Positions 27,665-39,902 are shown, numbered from the whole stretch's first letter. The stretch is DNA of 61,661 bases, filler included, from Anaerolineae bacterium (GCA_029262755.1; 4 parts of 4 records of this genome joined end to end with filler, not necessarily neighbours in it); one strand, 5' to 3'. The notes: a model not told the origin generated them from the sequence alone. Program-made: numbers and translations.

Positions 27665-29713
27665 ATGCGCCGCCTGATCCGTTTCTTGCTTGCCCTGCTC
27701 AGCGTTGCCGTCGTGCTCGCCATTCTCTACGTCCGCGGCCCCGGCTTCGGCATCGATCCCCTATCCACCTGGATCGCTCCACCGGCAGGAGTCGAGGATC
27801 AGCAGGCCACCCTTGACGATGCGGAGGCCGGTGCACAGTCCGACGACGACGACGGCGGCGATCGCGTGGAGCGCGACGCGACACGCGGCGCCGACGTGGG
27901 GGCCGACGGCGTGTCCGACCTGTCCGGAGGGGTGCTCGGGCTATCGTTCTCCGTCGCTAGCTCCGCCCGGCAGCCGATCACCAGCACGGTGGATGGCAAC
28001 GCGCTCACGGTTGTTGCGCGCGTCGAGAATCGGAGCGGTGTCGAGTATCGAGGGACGGTCCTGATCGAACTTCCGCCGCTGGGCGCGGGACGGCAGGCGG
28101 ATTGCAGCATTCGCGTTGCGGCGAACGACTTCGCAACGTGCTCCGTGCCCGTGGTCACCGACGGCTGGGCGTGGCACGAGAATGGGCGACGCGAATCCAC
28201 GGTCGCCCTCGAAGCGACCACGATCGGGCGCCTGGGCGGCGATCCGGCCCGCGAGCAGGCACGCATCGTGGTGGCCGTCGCTACGCGGCCGGTGGTGCTC
28301 GTGCACGGCTTCATCAGCAACGCGGGCACGTGGTCGGCATGGGCAGAGTCGGGCGGCTTCCTTGCCCGCGCTGGGCTCGCGGGCTTCGCCGTCGGTGATC
28401 CGCGCTTCGCGATCGAGCCGATGAGCACGGGCGACGCCGCCCAGCCGCGTGCCGGAGGCAACACCATCGCCCAAAACGCGGCGATCCTCGGCCGGACGAT
28501 CGACGCGGTCCGCGCGGAAACCGGCGCCGAGCGCGTCGACGTCGTCGCGCACTCCATGGGCGGCCTGATCGCACGCCGCTACATCGCAGGCGAAATGGAG
28601 GTGCTCGCCCGCGCACCCTTGGCCGATGCACCGGTCGTAGCGCAGCTGCACCTGATCGGCACGCCGAACGGCGGCTCGCATTGCACGGTGCCGCTTGCGG
28701 CCATCGGAGCGCTGCTGCCGATGAGCGCCGAGATGACGCCCCACTCCGTGCGCGACGTTTTCAACCCTACGGCCGCCGACGCCCGCGGTGTCCCGTTCTT
28801 CGTCTGGGCGGGCGATCCGGTGCGCGACTACGCCGCGTTGATCTGCACACCGCTGCCGACGGACGCCTTCGTATCCGTCGCCAGCGTGGCGGACTCGTTG
28901 CCCGATACCGTGCCGTACGTCCTGGAGCGCATAGCCCAACGGCACCTAGCGCAGACGCAATCGACCACGGTCTTCGAGAGCGTATTGAAACAGCTCAGCC
29001 GCGCGCCGACGGCCTACCCGATCGTGATGCCGAAACGGCCGTTGGAACTCGATGGCGTCCGTCTGGCCGCGCACGAGGACATGCAGGTGGCGATGGCGCC
29101 CGCAGCCGGATCGGGGTCGTCGACACGGATTGAGGTCGGCCCCTTCGACCAAGCCAGCTTCGCGCTCTTCGGTGCGGAGTCGCCGTTCGGCGGACAGGCC
29201 GCCGTCGCGGAGCCGGTCGGCGCGGTCTCAAGCCCCGATGGGTCGGCGAGCGCTCCAGATTCCACGAAGGACGACGAAGACGACGATGAGCAGCGGCGAG
29301 CACCGGCCTCGCTGTCGGGAACCTGGGAGGTCGGCCTCCCCACGCAGGGAGCCCCCACCTGGGTCGCGGCGGCGTTCCTCGACAGCGCGCTGCGCCTGAC
29401 GATCGACGACGCGCCGCTCGACGCTGCGGCCGACGGGTCCATAGCGGTCACGGCGAGCCTCGAGGGGTCGGTCGACGGCGAAGCGACGAGCGTGCGGGTC
29501 CGGCTGCTCGCGACGGACGGCTCCGTCGCGGCCGAGACCCTGTTGGAGCGCCCCACGGGGCTCGCCGGGTTGGCGTCGAACGACGAATACACGGGCGCGT
29601 TCCAAGCGCCGAGTTCGCCCGGCGCCTACGCCATGATCGTCCAAGCGGAGGGCCGTACGGACGCCGGCGAACCGTTCACGCGGGTGGTGGTGCGGGCGCT
29701 CACGGTTCGCTAG
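27665..29713 (+). CDS. Exported alpha/beta hydrolase (lipase/PGAP1-like) with flanking Ig-like regions
   Basis: 'PVVLVHG', nucleophile elbow 'VAHSMGG', 'GTPNGGS'; N-terminal hydrophobic segment. Confidence 0.85.
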   Translation: MRRLIRFLLALLSVAVVLAILYVRGPGFGIDPLSTWIAPPAGVEDQQATLDDAEAGAQSDDDDGGDRVERDATRGADVGADGVSDLSGGVLGLSFSVASSARQPITSTVDGNALTVVARVENRSGVEYRGTVLIELPPLGAGRQADCSIRVAANDFATCSVPVVTDGWAWHENGRRESTVALEATTIGRLGGDPAREQARIVVAVATRPVVLVHGFISNAGTWSAWAESGGFLARAGLAGFAVGDPRFAIEPMSTGDAAQPRAGGNTIAQNAAILGRTIDAVRAETGAERVDVVAHSMGGLIARRYIAGEMEVLARAPLADAPVVAQLHLIGTPNGGSHCTVPLAAIGALLPMSAEMTPHSVRDVFNPTAADARGVPFFVWAGDPVRDYAALICTPLPTDAFVSVASVADSLPDTVPYVLERIAQRHLAQTQSTTVFESVLKQLSRAPTAYPIVMPKRPLELDGVRLAAHEDMQVAMAPAAGSGSSTRIEVGPFDQASFALFGAESPFGGQAAVAEPVGAVSSPDGSASAPDSTKDDEDDDEQRRAPASLSGTWEVGLPTQGAPTWVAAAFLDSALRLTIDDAPLDAAADGSIAVTASLEGSVDGEATSVRVRLLATDGSVAAETLLERPTGLAGLASNDEYTGAFQAPSSPGAYAMIVQAEGRTDAGEPFTRVVVRALTVR

Positions 29714-29727
29714 GCGCACCGCCCCTC

Positions 29728-32163
29728 CTACCACCCGCGTCCGCCGCCGCGGCGTCCGCTCGAGCCGCCGCCGGGCTTGACGCGCGTGGCACCGCCGCGG
29801 CTTCCGCCGCCGCCTCCGCTTGAGCCGCCCCAGCTGCTGCGCCGGGAGGGGCGGATGACCGGGCCAGGGGAGCTGGACCAGCCGCCGCCCAGTCCGCCGC
29901 CCATGCTGCCCCAGCCGCCGCCGATTCGGGGGGCTGGCCAAGAACGGCGGCCGCTTGGGATCGGTACCGTCGGGCCGACCCAACTCGGGCGCGGCACGTA
30001 TTGCTTGCGGCGCTCGTCGGCGCGGGCCACGTCGCGGGCGGCGAGCTCGTAGGCCGTGTCTGCGCGGTCGCGGACCGCGTTCCAGCCTGCCGCGGCGCTG
30101 CGGAGCGCTTCGGAGAGCGCGTCTTCCATCTGCTGCTCCGCGGCATCTTCGGCGGCCTCGGCGCGCCGTGCGAGATCGCGTACGTCGGGCATCGCGGCGC
30201 CGGCTTCCGCGCCAAGATCGCGCCGATGGACCTTGGTGTACATGGCCAGCCGGTCCACCGCGGCCTTCGCTTCTTCCTTGGCCGCCAACAACTGGCGGCG
30301 CAGCGAGGCCATCCGTTCCTGTTCGGCGCGCGCGCCGCCGAGGGCGTCGTCCACCGATCGGTTGGCGGCCAGCAGCAGCCTGCGCACCGCCATCCAGTCC
30401 GGCTGCGGTTCCGTCATCGCGGCACGGGCATCGGCAAGCATCGCCGCCGCGCCGTCCAGGGCCACGTCCGGGGAGGCACCCACCTCGCGGTCGACCTCCG
30501 GACGCGCGAGGAACGCGCGCGCTTCGTCGAGCTCCGCTGCGAGCGATTCCGCGAGCCCCGCGGAGTCGGCGCGGGCCTGCTCGATATGCGCGAGGCGTTC
30601 CACGACGGCGTCGGCCAACGTGTGCGCGCGGTCGAGCTCGCCGTAGGGCACCTCGATGCTGGCGGAGAAGCCGTCGCCAAGATCGTTACCGAACTCCGCG
30701 GCATCCGCCATCAACACCCGATTGAAGAGGTCGAGGGCGGTCACGATGCTCTCTTCCGCCTCGCTGCCGTTGCCGCGAATGTCGGCCCAGCTGGTCACGG
30801 CATGATCGTCGATGCGCTCGAAGGCCGTGGCGGCCTCTTCGATTCGAGCCTCGGTAGTGTCGACCTGCGGTTGGAAGGCCGCGATCCGTTCCGCGATCCG
30901 CACCGCGTCCTCGGCGAGCTCGCCCGCCTCGAGGCGGCGGCCGTCGGTCAGCGCAGCTTCGGCGCGGTCCGCGAGCAGCGATGGCACCGCGAGCGCGGTC
31001 GTCTCGTCCGGCAACGTATCGCGCTGAGCCTTCGACCGGTCGGCGGCGTATGCGCTGCGTCCGGCCTCGATGGCCTTGCGGGCATCGACCGCGAGAATCG
31101 CCGCGTTGCGGACCAGCTCGTCGGCATGGTCGGCTTCGTCCGTCAGGCCGTGTACATATGCGCGCAGCGCCGTCGCTTCTTCGAGCGCCTCGGCGTAGCG
31201 TCGGCGGACCTGCGGATCACCGGTCTCCGGGTCGGCCTGCGCGCCGCGCACGAGGCCGGCGGCGGCGCTTTCGAGCGCTTTGCGGCGTTCGATCATCGCG
31301 CGATGGCGTTCGCTGAGCGCGAGCACGGCTTCGTCGCCCAGCGGCTGGTACAGCCCGACGAGACGCGCGAAAGCCGTGCTGTTGGGCACGAGGTGGCGCT
31401 GAAGGTCGGCAAGCGCGGTATCCAAATCTTTGACCGGCTGGAGATCGTCCGTAGCGGCGTTGCCGCCTTTTCCGTCTGCGTCGACGGATCCGGTCGCGGA
31501 TCTTCGGCCTCCGGAGCCTGTTTCCTTCTTGCCGCGGCGCCACAGGAGAAAGGCTGCGACGCCGAGACCGCCTAGCAGCCAGCCCGCGAGCGGGTTCGGC
31601 CCGTCTGATTCGTCGCCCGCCAACGCCGCGCTTCCTTCCGGTAACTCGATCGCCGTTACGAACTCGTCCAGCCCACTTGTCACGGCCCCCGTGAAGTTAC
31701 CCGCCTGCAGGCCGGGGGTCATCGCATCGGCGACCGCGTCGGCGTCGAAGCGATCGGCGAAGGGACTGTCCGCGCCCCAGAAGCTCCCGACGAAGCGGGG
31801 TTCTTGGCATACGAGCAAAGCCACGGCTCCGTCGGACATGACGCCGGGCGCGTCTGCAAAGCCGTAGTGCGTGAGCGCGCCATCGAGGTACACCTCGGGA
31901 TCCGGCTCGCAGTTCTCGACCAACAGCACGATGCCGTCCAGCCCATGGGCATCGGCCAGGCGCTCCTGGAATTCGTTGTTGATGCGCGCTTCGCTCAGGG
32001 CGATATCGGTGCCGTTGGCCACGTAGCCGCGCAGCGGCGGGTAGGGGCTCTGGGCCCTCACGGCATCCGGCGCCGTGAGCGGCAAGCTAAGAGCCGTTGC
32101 GAGCACGCAGCTCAAGGCGGCGACACAAAGAAGGCGGGGCGATGGGGGGGCAAAGACGCGCAC
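29728..32163 (-). CDS. TPM-domain membrane protein with coiled-coil region and Gly-rich tail
   Basis: Signal peptide; 'MTPGLQAGNFTGAVTSGL' TPM end; one TM; long helical region; 'GGSSGGGGGSRGG...GGRGW' tail; GTG 32163 preceded by GGAGAG. Confidence 0.75.
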   Translation of the reverse strand: MRVFAPPSPRLLCVAALSCVLATALSLPLTAPDAVRAQSPYPPLRGYVANGTDIALSEARINNEFQERLADAHGLDGIVLLVENCEPDPEVYLDGALTHYGFADAPGVMSDGAVALLVCQEPRFVGSFWGADSPFADRFDADAVADAMTPGLQAGNFTGAVTSGLDEFVTAIELPEGSAALAGDESDGPNPLAGWLLGGLGVAAFLLWRRGKKETGSGGRRSATGSVDADGKGGNAATDDLQPVKDLDTALADLQRHLVPNSTAFARLVGLYQPLGDEAVLALSERHRAMIERRKALESAAAGLVRGAQADPETGDPQVRRRYAEALEEATALRAYVHGLTDEADHADELVRNAAILAVDARKAIEAGRSAYAADRSKAQRDTLPDETTALAVPSLLADRAEAALTDGRRLEAGELAEDAVRIAERIAAFQPQVDTTEARIEEAATAFERIDDHAVTSWADIRGNGSEAEESIVTALDLFNRVLMADAAEFGNDLGDGFSASIEVPYGELDRAHTLADAVVERLAHIEQARADSAGLAESLAAELDEARAFLARPEVDREVGASPDVALDGAAAMLADARAAMTEPQPDWMAVRRLLLAANRSVDDALGGARAEQERMASLRRQLLAAKEEAKAAVDRLAMYTKVHRRDLGAEAGAAMPDVRDLARRAEAAEDAAEQQMEDALSEALRSAAAGWNAVRDRADTAYELAARDVARADERRKQYVPRPSWVGPTVPIPSGRRSWPAPRIGGGWGSMGGGLGGGWSSSPGPVIRPSRRSSWGGSSGGGGGSRGGATRVKPGGGSSGRRGGGRGW

Positions 32164-32497
32164 GGGAACTCTCCACAGTCTGGGGGTGGCGCAGGCTAGC
32201 ACGCGCGCGGAGGGGCGACCAACGGTAGCCGGGCAACGTGCGAACCGGACGTTGCACTACAAGTCGTACGAAGAGGAATACGCAGCGGCGTTGGGATCGG
32301 TGCGCGCGGTTTGGACGCGACCCAATGGAAACGTTCGGCCATCGTGACATCCTATACGATACGCCGGTTGCACCGTGCGATTTCTACGCAACGTTGGGTC
32401 GAAGAGACATTGGTCGACACACTGCATGGTCGCGTCGGTCTAACGAGCGTTGCCGCATCCGACGCGTCCAACGGCCGGGCTTGCATGCGCATCGCAC

Positions 32498-32527
32498 TTG
32501 ACAGAACGTGGTCAATTCCCGTACACT
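32498..32527 (+). promoter_or_regulatory. Sigma70-type promoter with overlapping inverted repeat
   Basis: TTGACA-N18-TACACT; TTGAC-N8-GTCAA at 32498-32515. Confidence 0.75.
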
Positions 32528-32651
32528 AAGCGCCCCGCACTTAATGTTATCTTAACTTCGCGTGTCGCCCGTTCATCACGGTGGCCCGGGGTCCTTTGGG
32601 AGTGGCTGCAACCAGCCAACCTTGATCCAGCAGTGCAGGGAGAGAGACAAG

Positions 32652-35600
32652 ATGAATCGAATACGTGACCGCGTCGGTCTGACGCGTACACCCAACGCGG
32701 GTGTGCGTGTGCTTGGCGTGTTGCTCGTTCTGGCCATGCTGATCTCACTCCCCGCGCGTCTCGCATGGGCGCAGGGTGATCCCGGATTATCGCTGGACAA
32801 GGAGATATTCGGCGGGATCTCCGTCGTCGAGAGCGGCGAACCGTTCACGTATTTGTTGTTCTACACGTGCTCCGGCATTACGCAGAACTGTCTCGACGCG
32901 GAGATCGCGGATGTGATCCCTGCCGAGCTTGAAGTGATCGACGTCGTAGCCACATCGCATGTCGATAGCGTCGACATCGACGGCGGCACGAACACCGTTA
33001 CCTTTGACATGGTCGAGCCGCTGCCGGCCGGCTCGACCGGTGTGCTGCGCATCAACGTGCGTTTCCCACCGGGCACAATTCCCGATGGCAACCCTGTGAC
33101 GAACACGGCCGACTTTACGGCGAGCAACGCGCCGTCGGTGACTTCCAATCCCGTGGACGTAACCGTCGAGGGCTCCTTCGAGAAGGTGGCGCAAAAGACA
33201 GGCCCCGCCACGATCGTCGTCGGCTTTCCCTCGACGTTTGATGTATCAATCTGTGATCCGGATCCCTTTGGTGGTATCCCGATCGCAAGCCCGATCTTGA
33301 CCGATACGCTGCCCGCGGATGCCGTATTCGTAGGGGCCGAGGGCACGGAGGGCGTGGACTGGCTCTATGACGCCTTCGGGCACACGGTCACGTTCATCAA
33401 CTTGCCCGACAGCGGGGTTGGTGGCGGTTGCTTGACCCGGCAAGTCACGCTGCGTTGGGATAGCGAGCCTGCCGGTCTGCAGACCAACACCTTGGACGCC
33501 GGCGGCACGCCAAGCGGCTGCGAGGCCGCCCCGCTGCCAGCGCACTGCAACGGCGTCGAGGGTCCGATCGGACTGTCTCCGGTCGGGATCGACTTCCCAG
33601 TGATTCCGCCCTTTGCGGAGATGAGCCCGGACAAGACCTCGGACTCTCCGTCGACCTTCGTGGAGGACAACCCGGACTCCGCGGATTCTGGAGACTACGG
33701 CACCGAGATCTTGGCTGGAGAGGTCGTCACCTACAACGTCAGCCTGGCAAACACCGGCTTCATCACCCTGACGAACGTGTCCGTGTTCGACGAGATTCCG
33801 ACCGAAGTCGTGCTGGACGATTGGTCCTTTGGCCCGCCGACGGGTTCGCCCGACGTTCCGCCGACCGTAGATGCCTACTATGAGCGGAGTGACGCGCCCG
33901 GAACGTGGCAGTTCGTCGGCTCGTTCACGTCCGCGACCACGGTCAGCGTCGCATCGCTCGGCTTGCCCCCCGGCGTGGTCGTCACCGACCTGCGATGGGA
34001 CATCGGAAGCTTGTCGCCGCTGACCGGCGCCTGGTCGTCCACCATCAACGCGACGTCGCTGATTACCCTGACGCCGGGCACCGTGTTCACCAACTGTGCC
34101 GACTTCAGCGCCGAGTACGTCGAGGACGGGACGCCGGATACATTCGCTCTTCAGGCTTGCTCGGATGTAGAGATCGTCGATGTGCGGGCTATCCCGCGCG
34201 TACGCAAGACGAACGCGACGGGGCCGTTCCTGCCCAACACACCGGTCGACTTCGAGGTCGTGCTCTACAACGCGGTCGAAGCCCATCTCCCGGTCTCGAA
34301 TCCCGTGTTGGCCGACCTGCTGCCGCCCGAGTTGGTGCTGGTCACCCCCACCTTGAGCTATGACGGCGGCCCCGTGGGTTCGCCGGCGCCCAATCTGGAG
34401 TTCATCGACAACTTCGACGGCACGGGACAGACCCTGATCCGCGCGAGCTGGAACGACCAATCCGGCAGCGGCGGCACGGATGCCCGTTACGGGCTCCAGC
34501 CGGGCGAGGCCTTCACGATCTCGTTCCAGGCGGTCATCCTCGACGGCACGCCTCCGGATCGCTACTTCAACAAGGCAGCCATCGTCGATTGGGACGGCCC
34601 TTCTGATGCGGCCACGTTCCTGTGCAACGGTTCGATGGTCTATATCGACAGCGCCGACCTCGACGAAGATCTGGACACTTCCGAAGAGGGCTGCCAGAAC
34701 TCCAACGCCGAAGGCTTCGTCGATGTCGGAATCTTCCTGCAGATGGACTCCGAGAAGTTCGTGCGCGGCGAGTTGGACGCCGACTTCAACAAGCTCGGCC
34801 TGACGGTTCAGGGCGGCGATGTCGACTATCGGCTGGTCATTACCAACACCTCAAACATCACGGTCAGCGAGATCTCCGTGATCGACATCTTGCCCTTTAT
34901 CGGGGACACCGGCGTCATCGTGCCTCAGGCGCGTCAGTCGGATTGGCGACCGAATATGCAGGGTGCGGTCACAGACACGCAAGGCATTTCGATCACCACC
35001 TTTTACAGCACCTCGGCCAACCCATGTCGTCCCGAGGTTGTCGCGTCGGGCCCACCGGGATGCGAAGACCCGATGTGGTCGATGGACATCCCGGCCGATC
35101 CCACCTCCGTGCAGTCGCTGCGCTTCCTGTTCTGTGACGCGGACGTCGATGGCAACCCCACGTCCTGTTTAGAGTTGCCGCAAGATGCCTCGGTCACGTT
35201 TGAGTGGCCGATGGTCGCGCCCAACGATGCGCCGGGACACCCGAGCTGCTTGGCGGACCCCTTCGAGGTCGCCGCCAACCCCGACTGCGAGATCGCATGG
35301 AACTCCTTTGCCTTCACGGCTTCCGGCGGCGGGCTCCAGCTGCGGCCGGCGGAGCCGCTGCGTGTCGGCATCCGAGTCGTCGAGGACGATCTCGATATCC
35401 GCAACATCGGCAACTTTGTCTGGTTGGATAACGCGGGGCAGCAAGACGACGGCATCCAGCAGCCAGAAGAGATCGGCATCAACGGCGTGCGGGTCGAGTT
35501 GTGGGACCCAGGTCTCGATGGGTTGCCCAACACGGCTGATGACGTGCCGGTGGACTACGACGGCGACGGTGAGGACGATTTCCGATTTACGGGTCCGGAC

Positions 35601-37341
35601 CACTTCGGCAACCCCGGCTACTACCTGTTCCCCGACGTGCCGGCCGGCGACTATTACGTTCGCTTCTACCCGCCGGACGGCTACATCGTCAGCCCGGCGG
35701 ACGCGCCACCCGATGATGCGTTGGACAGCGACGGTGTCGGATCCGGCACGGGGCCGAACGGCGACTTCGAGTACACGGACGTCTTCACGTTGCCCGTCGG
35801 CCCGGGCAACAACCTGACCATCGACCAGGGTCTGTGGCTGCTGATGGACTACGGCGATGCGCCGGATACCTATCCGGTCGAGGCGGCCAGCCAGCCTACT
35901 CCCGCGGACGCCGGTCGGCACTTCATCGTGCCGGGCGTTACGATGGGCGCCGTCGTCGATGACGAGACGGACGGCCAGCCTTCAGCGGACGGCTTCGGCG
36001 ACGACCAAGGAAGCGCGGGCGACGACGAGGACGGTGTGACCTTCGACCAATTCCTCGGCACGGCCGCGGAACCGACCGGGGTATTGGTCATCGGCGCGCT
36101 GTCGACGATCACGATCGTGGCCACCGTGGACATCACGTCCACGCTGCCCGTGACGGGCTTTCTCTCGGCGTGGATCGACTGGGACGGCAGCGGCACATGG
36201 GAGCCGGGCGAGCAGATCGCGTTTGACGAGGAGCTGCTCAATGGCACGGTAGACGGCACCATCGCCCTCACCGTGAACGTGCCCCCTGGCGCGACTACGG
36301 GTACGACCTTCGCGCGCTTCCGATGGAGCACCGAGCCGGGCTTGCTGCCCACCGGCACCGCTCAGGACGGTGAGGTCGAGGACTACCAGGTGCAGTTGGT
36401 CAACGATCCGCTCAAGTCGATCGTCGAGACGAGCGAGGACCACACGACCGAGGTTGGGCCCGCGCCGGTCGATCTAGCGATCGGCGAGATCGTGCGCTAC
36501 CGGCTGGAGGTCTCGTTGCCGGAGGCGATCGTACCGAGCGTGCGTATCACGGACAACCTACCCGCAGGCCTGCTCTACCTGGACAATGGATCGGCGACCA
36601 TCGAGATCATCGCCGATGGCTCGCTTGGGGCTGCGCCTGCTCCGATCGCCGCAATCGGTGGACCGTTCACGGACGGCGTGGATCCGGTCTTCGACGTCGG
36701 TACTCTCAACAACGACGACCTGGACGCGGACGAAGAACGGCTCATCATCGAGTTCGATGCGCTTGTGCTCAACGTGGCCTCGAACCAGGCCGGCGTGGAC
36801 CGCACAAACAACTTCGACGTGTCGTGGGCATTCTTCGAAGGCGCTTCCAACGACGTGTTGGTCAACCTCGTCGAGCCGGCGGTCGATCTTGCGAAGTCCG
36901 CCACCACGGCGCCGCTCGACGCGGGCGACACGGTGGTCTTCGAAATCGTCGCGTCGCAGCCCGGCAGTGCGGACAGCACGACGGCCTTCGAACTGCGCAT
37001 CACCGACACGCTCAGCGCGGACCTCGATCTGGTCGCGGTCGGGGTGATCGTGCCCGCCTATGCCACGGCAACGGACAACTCCGTCATCGCGTCGAACGAC
37101 GTGGACATCGCCATCGACGAGCTGCGCTTCGGCGATAGCGCGACCGTGGTGGTAACCGCCACCGTGCTCGCGGCCGTGGAAAGCGGTCTGACGATTCCCA
37201 ACGACGCGTACCTGCGCTTCACGAGCCTGCCCGGCACCGGCACGGACCCGAACGACACGGGCTCGACGACGCCGGGGGCATCCGGCGACCTAGACGGCGA
37301 GCGCAACGGCGACGACGGTCCGGCCGGATCGCCCAACGACC
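32652..37341 (+). CDS. Large secreted protein with DUF11/isopeptide Ig repeats, SdrD-B-like and GEVED domains; 3'-truncated
   Basis: Signal peptide 'LAWAQ'; 'IGNFVWLD...DGIQ..E.GINGVRVEL' (SdrD_B); 'DYGDAP', 'AWIDW', 'ARFR', 'GEVEDY'; 'IGEIVRYRL'. Confidence 0.9.
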
Positions 37342-37441
37342 NNNNNNNNNNNNNNNNNNNNNNNNNNNNNNNNNNNNNNNNNNNNTTAATTAATTAANNN
37401 NNNNNNNNNNNNNNNNNNNNNNNNNNNNNNNNNNNNNNNNN
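37342..37441. other. Artificial contig linker
   Basis: 44 N + TTAATTAATTAA + 44 N. Confidence 0.98.
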
Positions 37442-39355
37442 GATGCCGACGTATTGATACGCGCCCCACGGCAGAGGATTGATGGCCACCGTCGCCCCGG
37501 GCGGCACGAGGCGCTCGACGATGGGCATGGCGGCGAGGTCCGCGCTCTCCGCCAAGACCGTTGCGTCGTCCACGCTTCGCGCGATCACGGCAGCCGCGGC
37601 CAGGGCCACGACGAGGCCGAGCGCGAAGGCCATCCGGTCTGTGGCCGCGCGGGCCGACGCAACGCCCGTGGCGTGCAGCCGCGCGCGCAACCCCGCAACG
37701 ATCCGGGCGGCCAACCAGCCCACCAGCACCGCCTGGGGCAGGAAGAGCGCGATCTCGACGGACTGGTTGCCGATAAAGCCGTGCAGCGGCAGGCCGAGGG
37801 CCTTTACGTTGGCCAGCGTGAAGAGCAGGGTCACCCAGCCAAGAATCGTGGCCGCGAGGCGAGGGGCAAGCCGCAGCGCGATCACGGACGCGGTGAGGGA
37901 GAGTGCGAGCAAGGCGGCGCCACTGCCGTCGAGCAGGTAGGACCAGTCGAAGTCGTAGAAGGCACCCTCGTCGGTGCCGGTCCATAGAGCCGCACGGGGT
38001 GCGAAGACCGGCGCCATGCGCGGGACGAACCATGGCCCAGCAAGCAGGGCCGCCCCGAGGGAAGCCGGTAGGGCGCGGCGCAGCAGGCGGACGCCTGCCG
38101 ATTGGCGAGAGAGGTGGGCTGCTGCCCACGCCGCCAGCAGGCAGGCCGCGAAGACCGTCACGCGGTAGTGGACCAGGCTCAGGCCGGCCAACAGGACCGC
38201 ACCGAGGACGGTGGATCCGTGGCGGCGCCATGTGGGGCCACCGTGGCCACCGGAAACACCGGGGCCGGCGGGCGACGCCATCCCCTCGTGTGCACCTCGC
38301 GTCCACAACTGGATCAAGCCAGGCAGCACGAGCAGGCCGGCCAGCTGTGTGTAGCGACCCCACATCGTGTACGCGGCGGGCATCGGCGAGATCAGCCCTG
38401 CGACGAGCGCGGCCACGAGCGCCGCGTGGCGCATTCCCGTTTCTGTCAGACCGCTGTGCCGCAGAAGGGCCATCGTCAACAGCCACGCGGCGAAGACGAC
38501 GGAGGCATTGAGCAGCTCGCCGTATACGAGCAAGGCCCGCGGTAGCGACCCACCGCTCACGAGTGCAAAGGTCGCGGCGCCGGCGTGAAAACCGCTGTGG
38601 TAGCTTGCCGGGCCGATCCCTTCGAAGGGTGTGTAGTGCCAGGGGAAACGGCCGGCGCTCGTGATGAGCTCCACGACGAGCGCGTGGTTCACGCCGTCGA
38701 CCCAGGGCGGCGCGGCCAAGGGCACGATGCGTAGCCATCGGGCGGCGAAGGCCAGGGCGAAGAGCGCCAGCAATGCGCCGTCGATGGGGCCGAGGCGGCG
38801 CAGCAGACCGTGGACGAGCGCGGTTGATGGATCCGGGGTCGAAGTGTCGGCGACACGTGGCTGCGCCCGCCCCCCATGCACCCCATGCGCCCCATGCGCA
38901 CCAAGCGCCTGCGCCCCACGTGCCGCATTCCCCCGCGGCGCCCCACGTCCCCCAACCGAGCGGCGGGCCGCGGTACCCGTCGGTCTCGGCCACGAGACGA
39001 TCAGGAACAGTACGCCGACGACAACCGCAATGCTGCCCTGATTCCAGTCGATCGCTGCCAGTGGCAACCACAACAGCAACAGCGGCCAGGTCGCCAGACT
39101 GAGGGCGAGCGCGCGCCCTGCAGAATGGCCGAGATCCGCGGGGTGGGGGTCTGATGCTCTCGAGGGCGCCAACCGGGCCCATGCCATGCCGGGCAGTAGC
39201 AGCACCACCGACGCGGCCAGGGCGGTGCGCAAGACCGGCGGGCCGTACGAGGTGGCGCATGCGGCGGTCAGCAGCAGCGCGCCACCGATCGCGAGCGCGC
39301 GGGAGCGTGTGCTGCGGGCGGAAGGGGATCGCTCGGCAAGAGGGAGCGTGGGCAT
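37442..39355 (-). CDS. Polytopic membrane protein, probable GT-C-fold glycosyltransferase; 3'-truncated
   Basis: More than 10 TM helices; 'WVDGVNH...G..P...YHSGFH', 'WGRYTQLAG'; start could be 39355 or 39484. Confidence 0.65.
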
Positions 39356-39660
39356 GGGACCATGTTCCAGACGGGGTCGCCGTAGCTTCGCAGGACGGAC
39401 GCGGGGATCGACGTGCTCGTCGGACGCGAAAAGCGGGCTGCCGCTTGCACTGGGCGCCCACCGCGATCGACTTGGCCTGCGCACGCGGCGCGATCGAACA
39501 GATCATTTCGCGCGAAAAACATCAGAGCGCCGAGACAGGGACATTCTCGCACGATCGAGAGTGTGCGCGCGACGGCGCGTGGCCCGTGGCGTATGTCCGG
39601 GGTTCGCGGGCGTGGCCGAAGCCCGCGAAGGGTAGCTGGGCGCGCCACGAACAACGCAGA

Positions 39661-39700
39661 GGCGGGGTTGGGAACATCCCTGATCGCTCCCAACCCCGCC
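39661..39700. repeat. GC-rich inverted repeat (REP-like or terminator)
   Basis: 13-bp perfect stem ggcggggttggga / tcccaaccccgcc with 14-nt loop. Confidence 0.6.
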
Positions 39701-39847
39701 CCGTACAGCGACGTCCTTGCTCACGCGTCTAGATCGAGGGATCTAGCTGAATGAGGTCAGTGCGGACGCGGACGCCTCCGCCATGACCACGGGATGGCCA
39801 GGCGGCAAGGTGTATGACACCGGAGACGGTATCCCGATCACCTGGGA

Positions 39848-39902
39848 GCGCTGACGGCTGGCCGACGGCGGGCTGACGGATCACTGACCAATGCGCGACG
39901 GC
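39848..39902. promoter_or_regulatory. Phased 5 x 11-bp (GCT)GAC array
   Basis: GAC at 39853, 39864, 39875, 39886, 39897. Confidence 0.65.
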
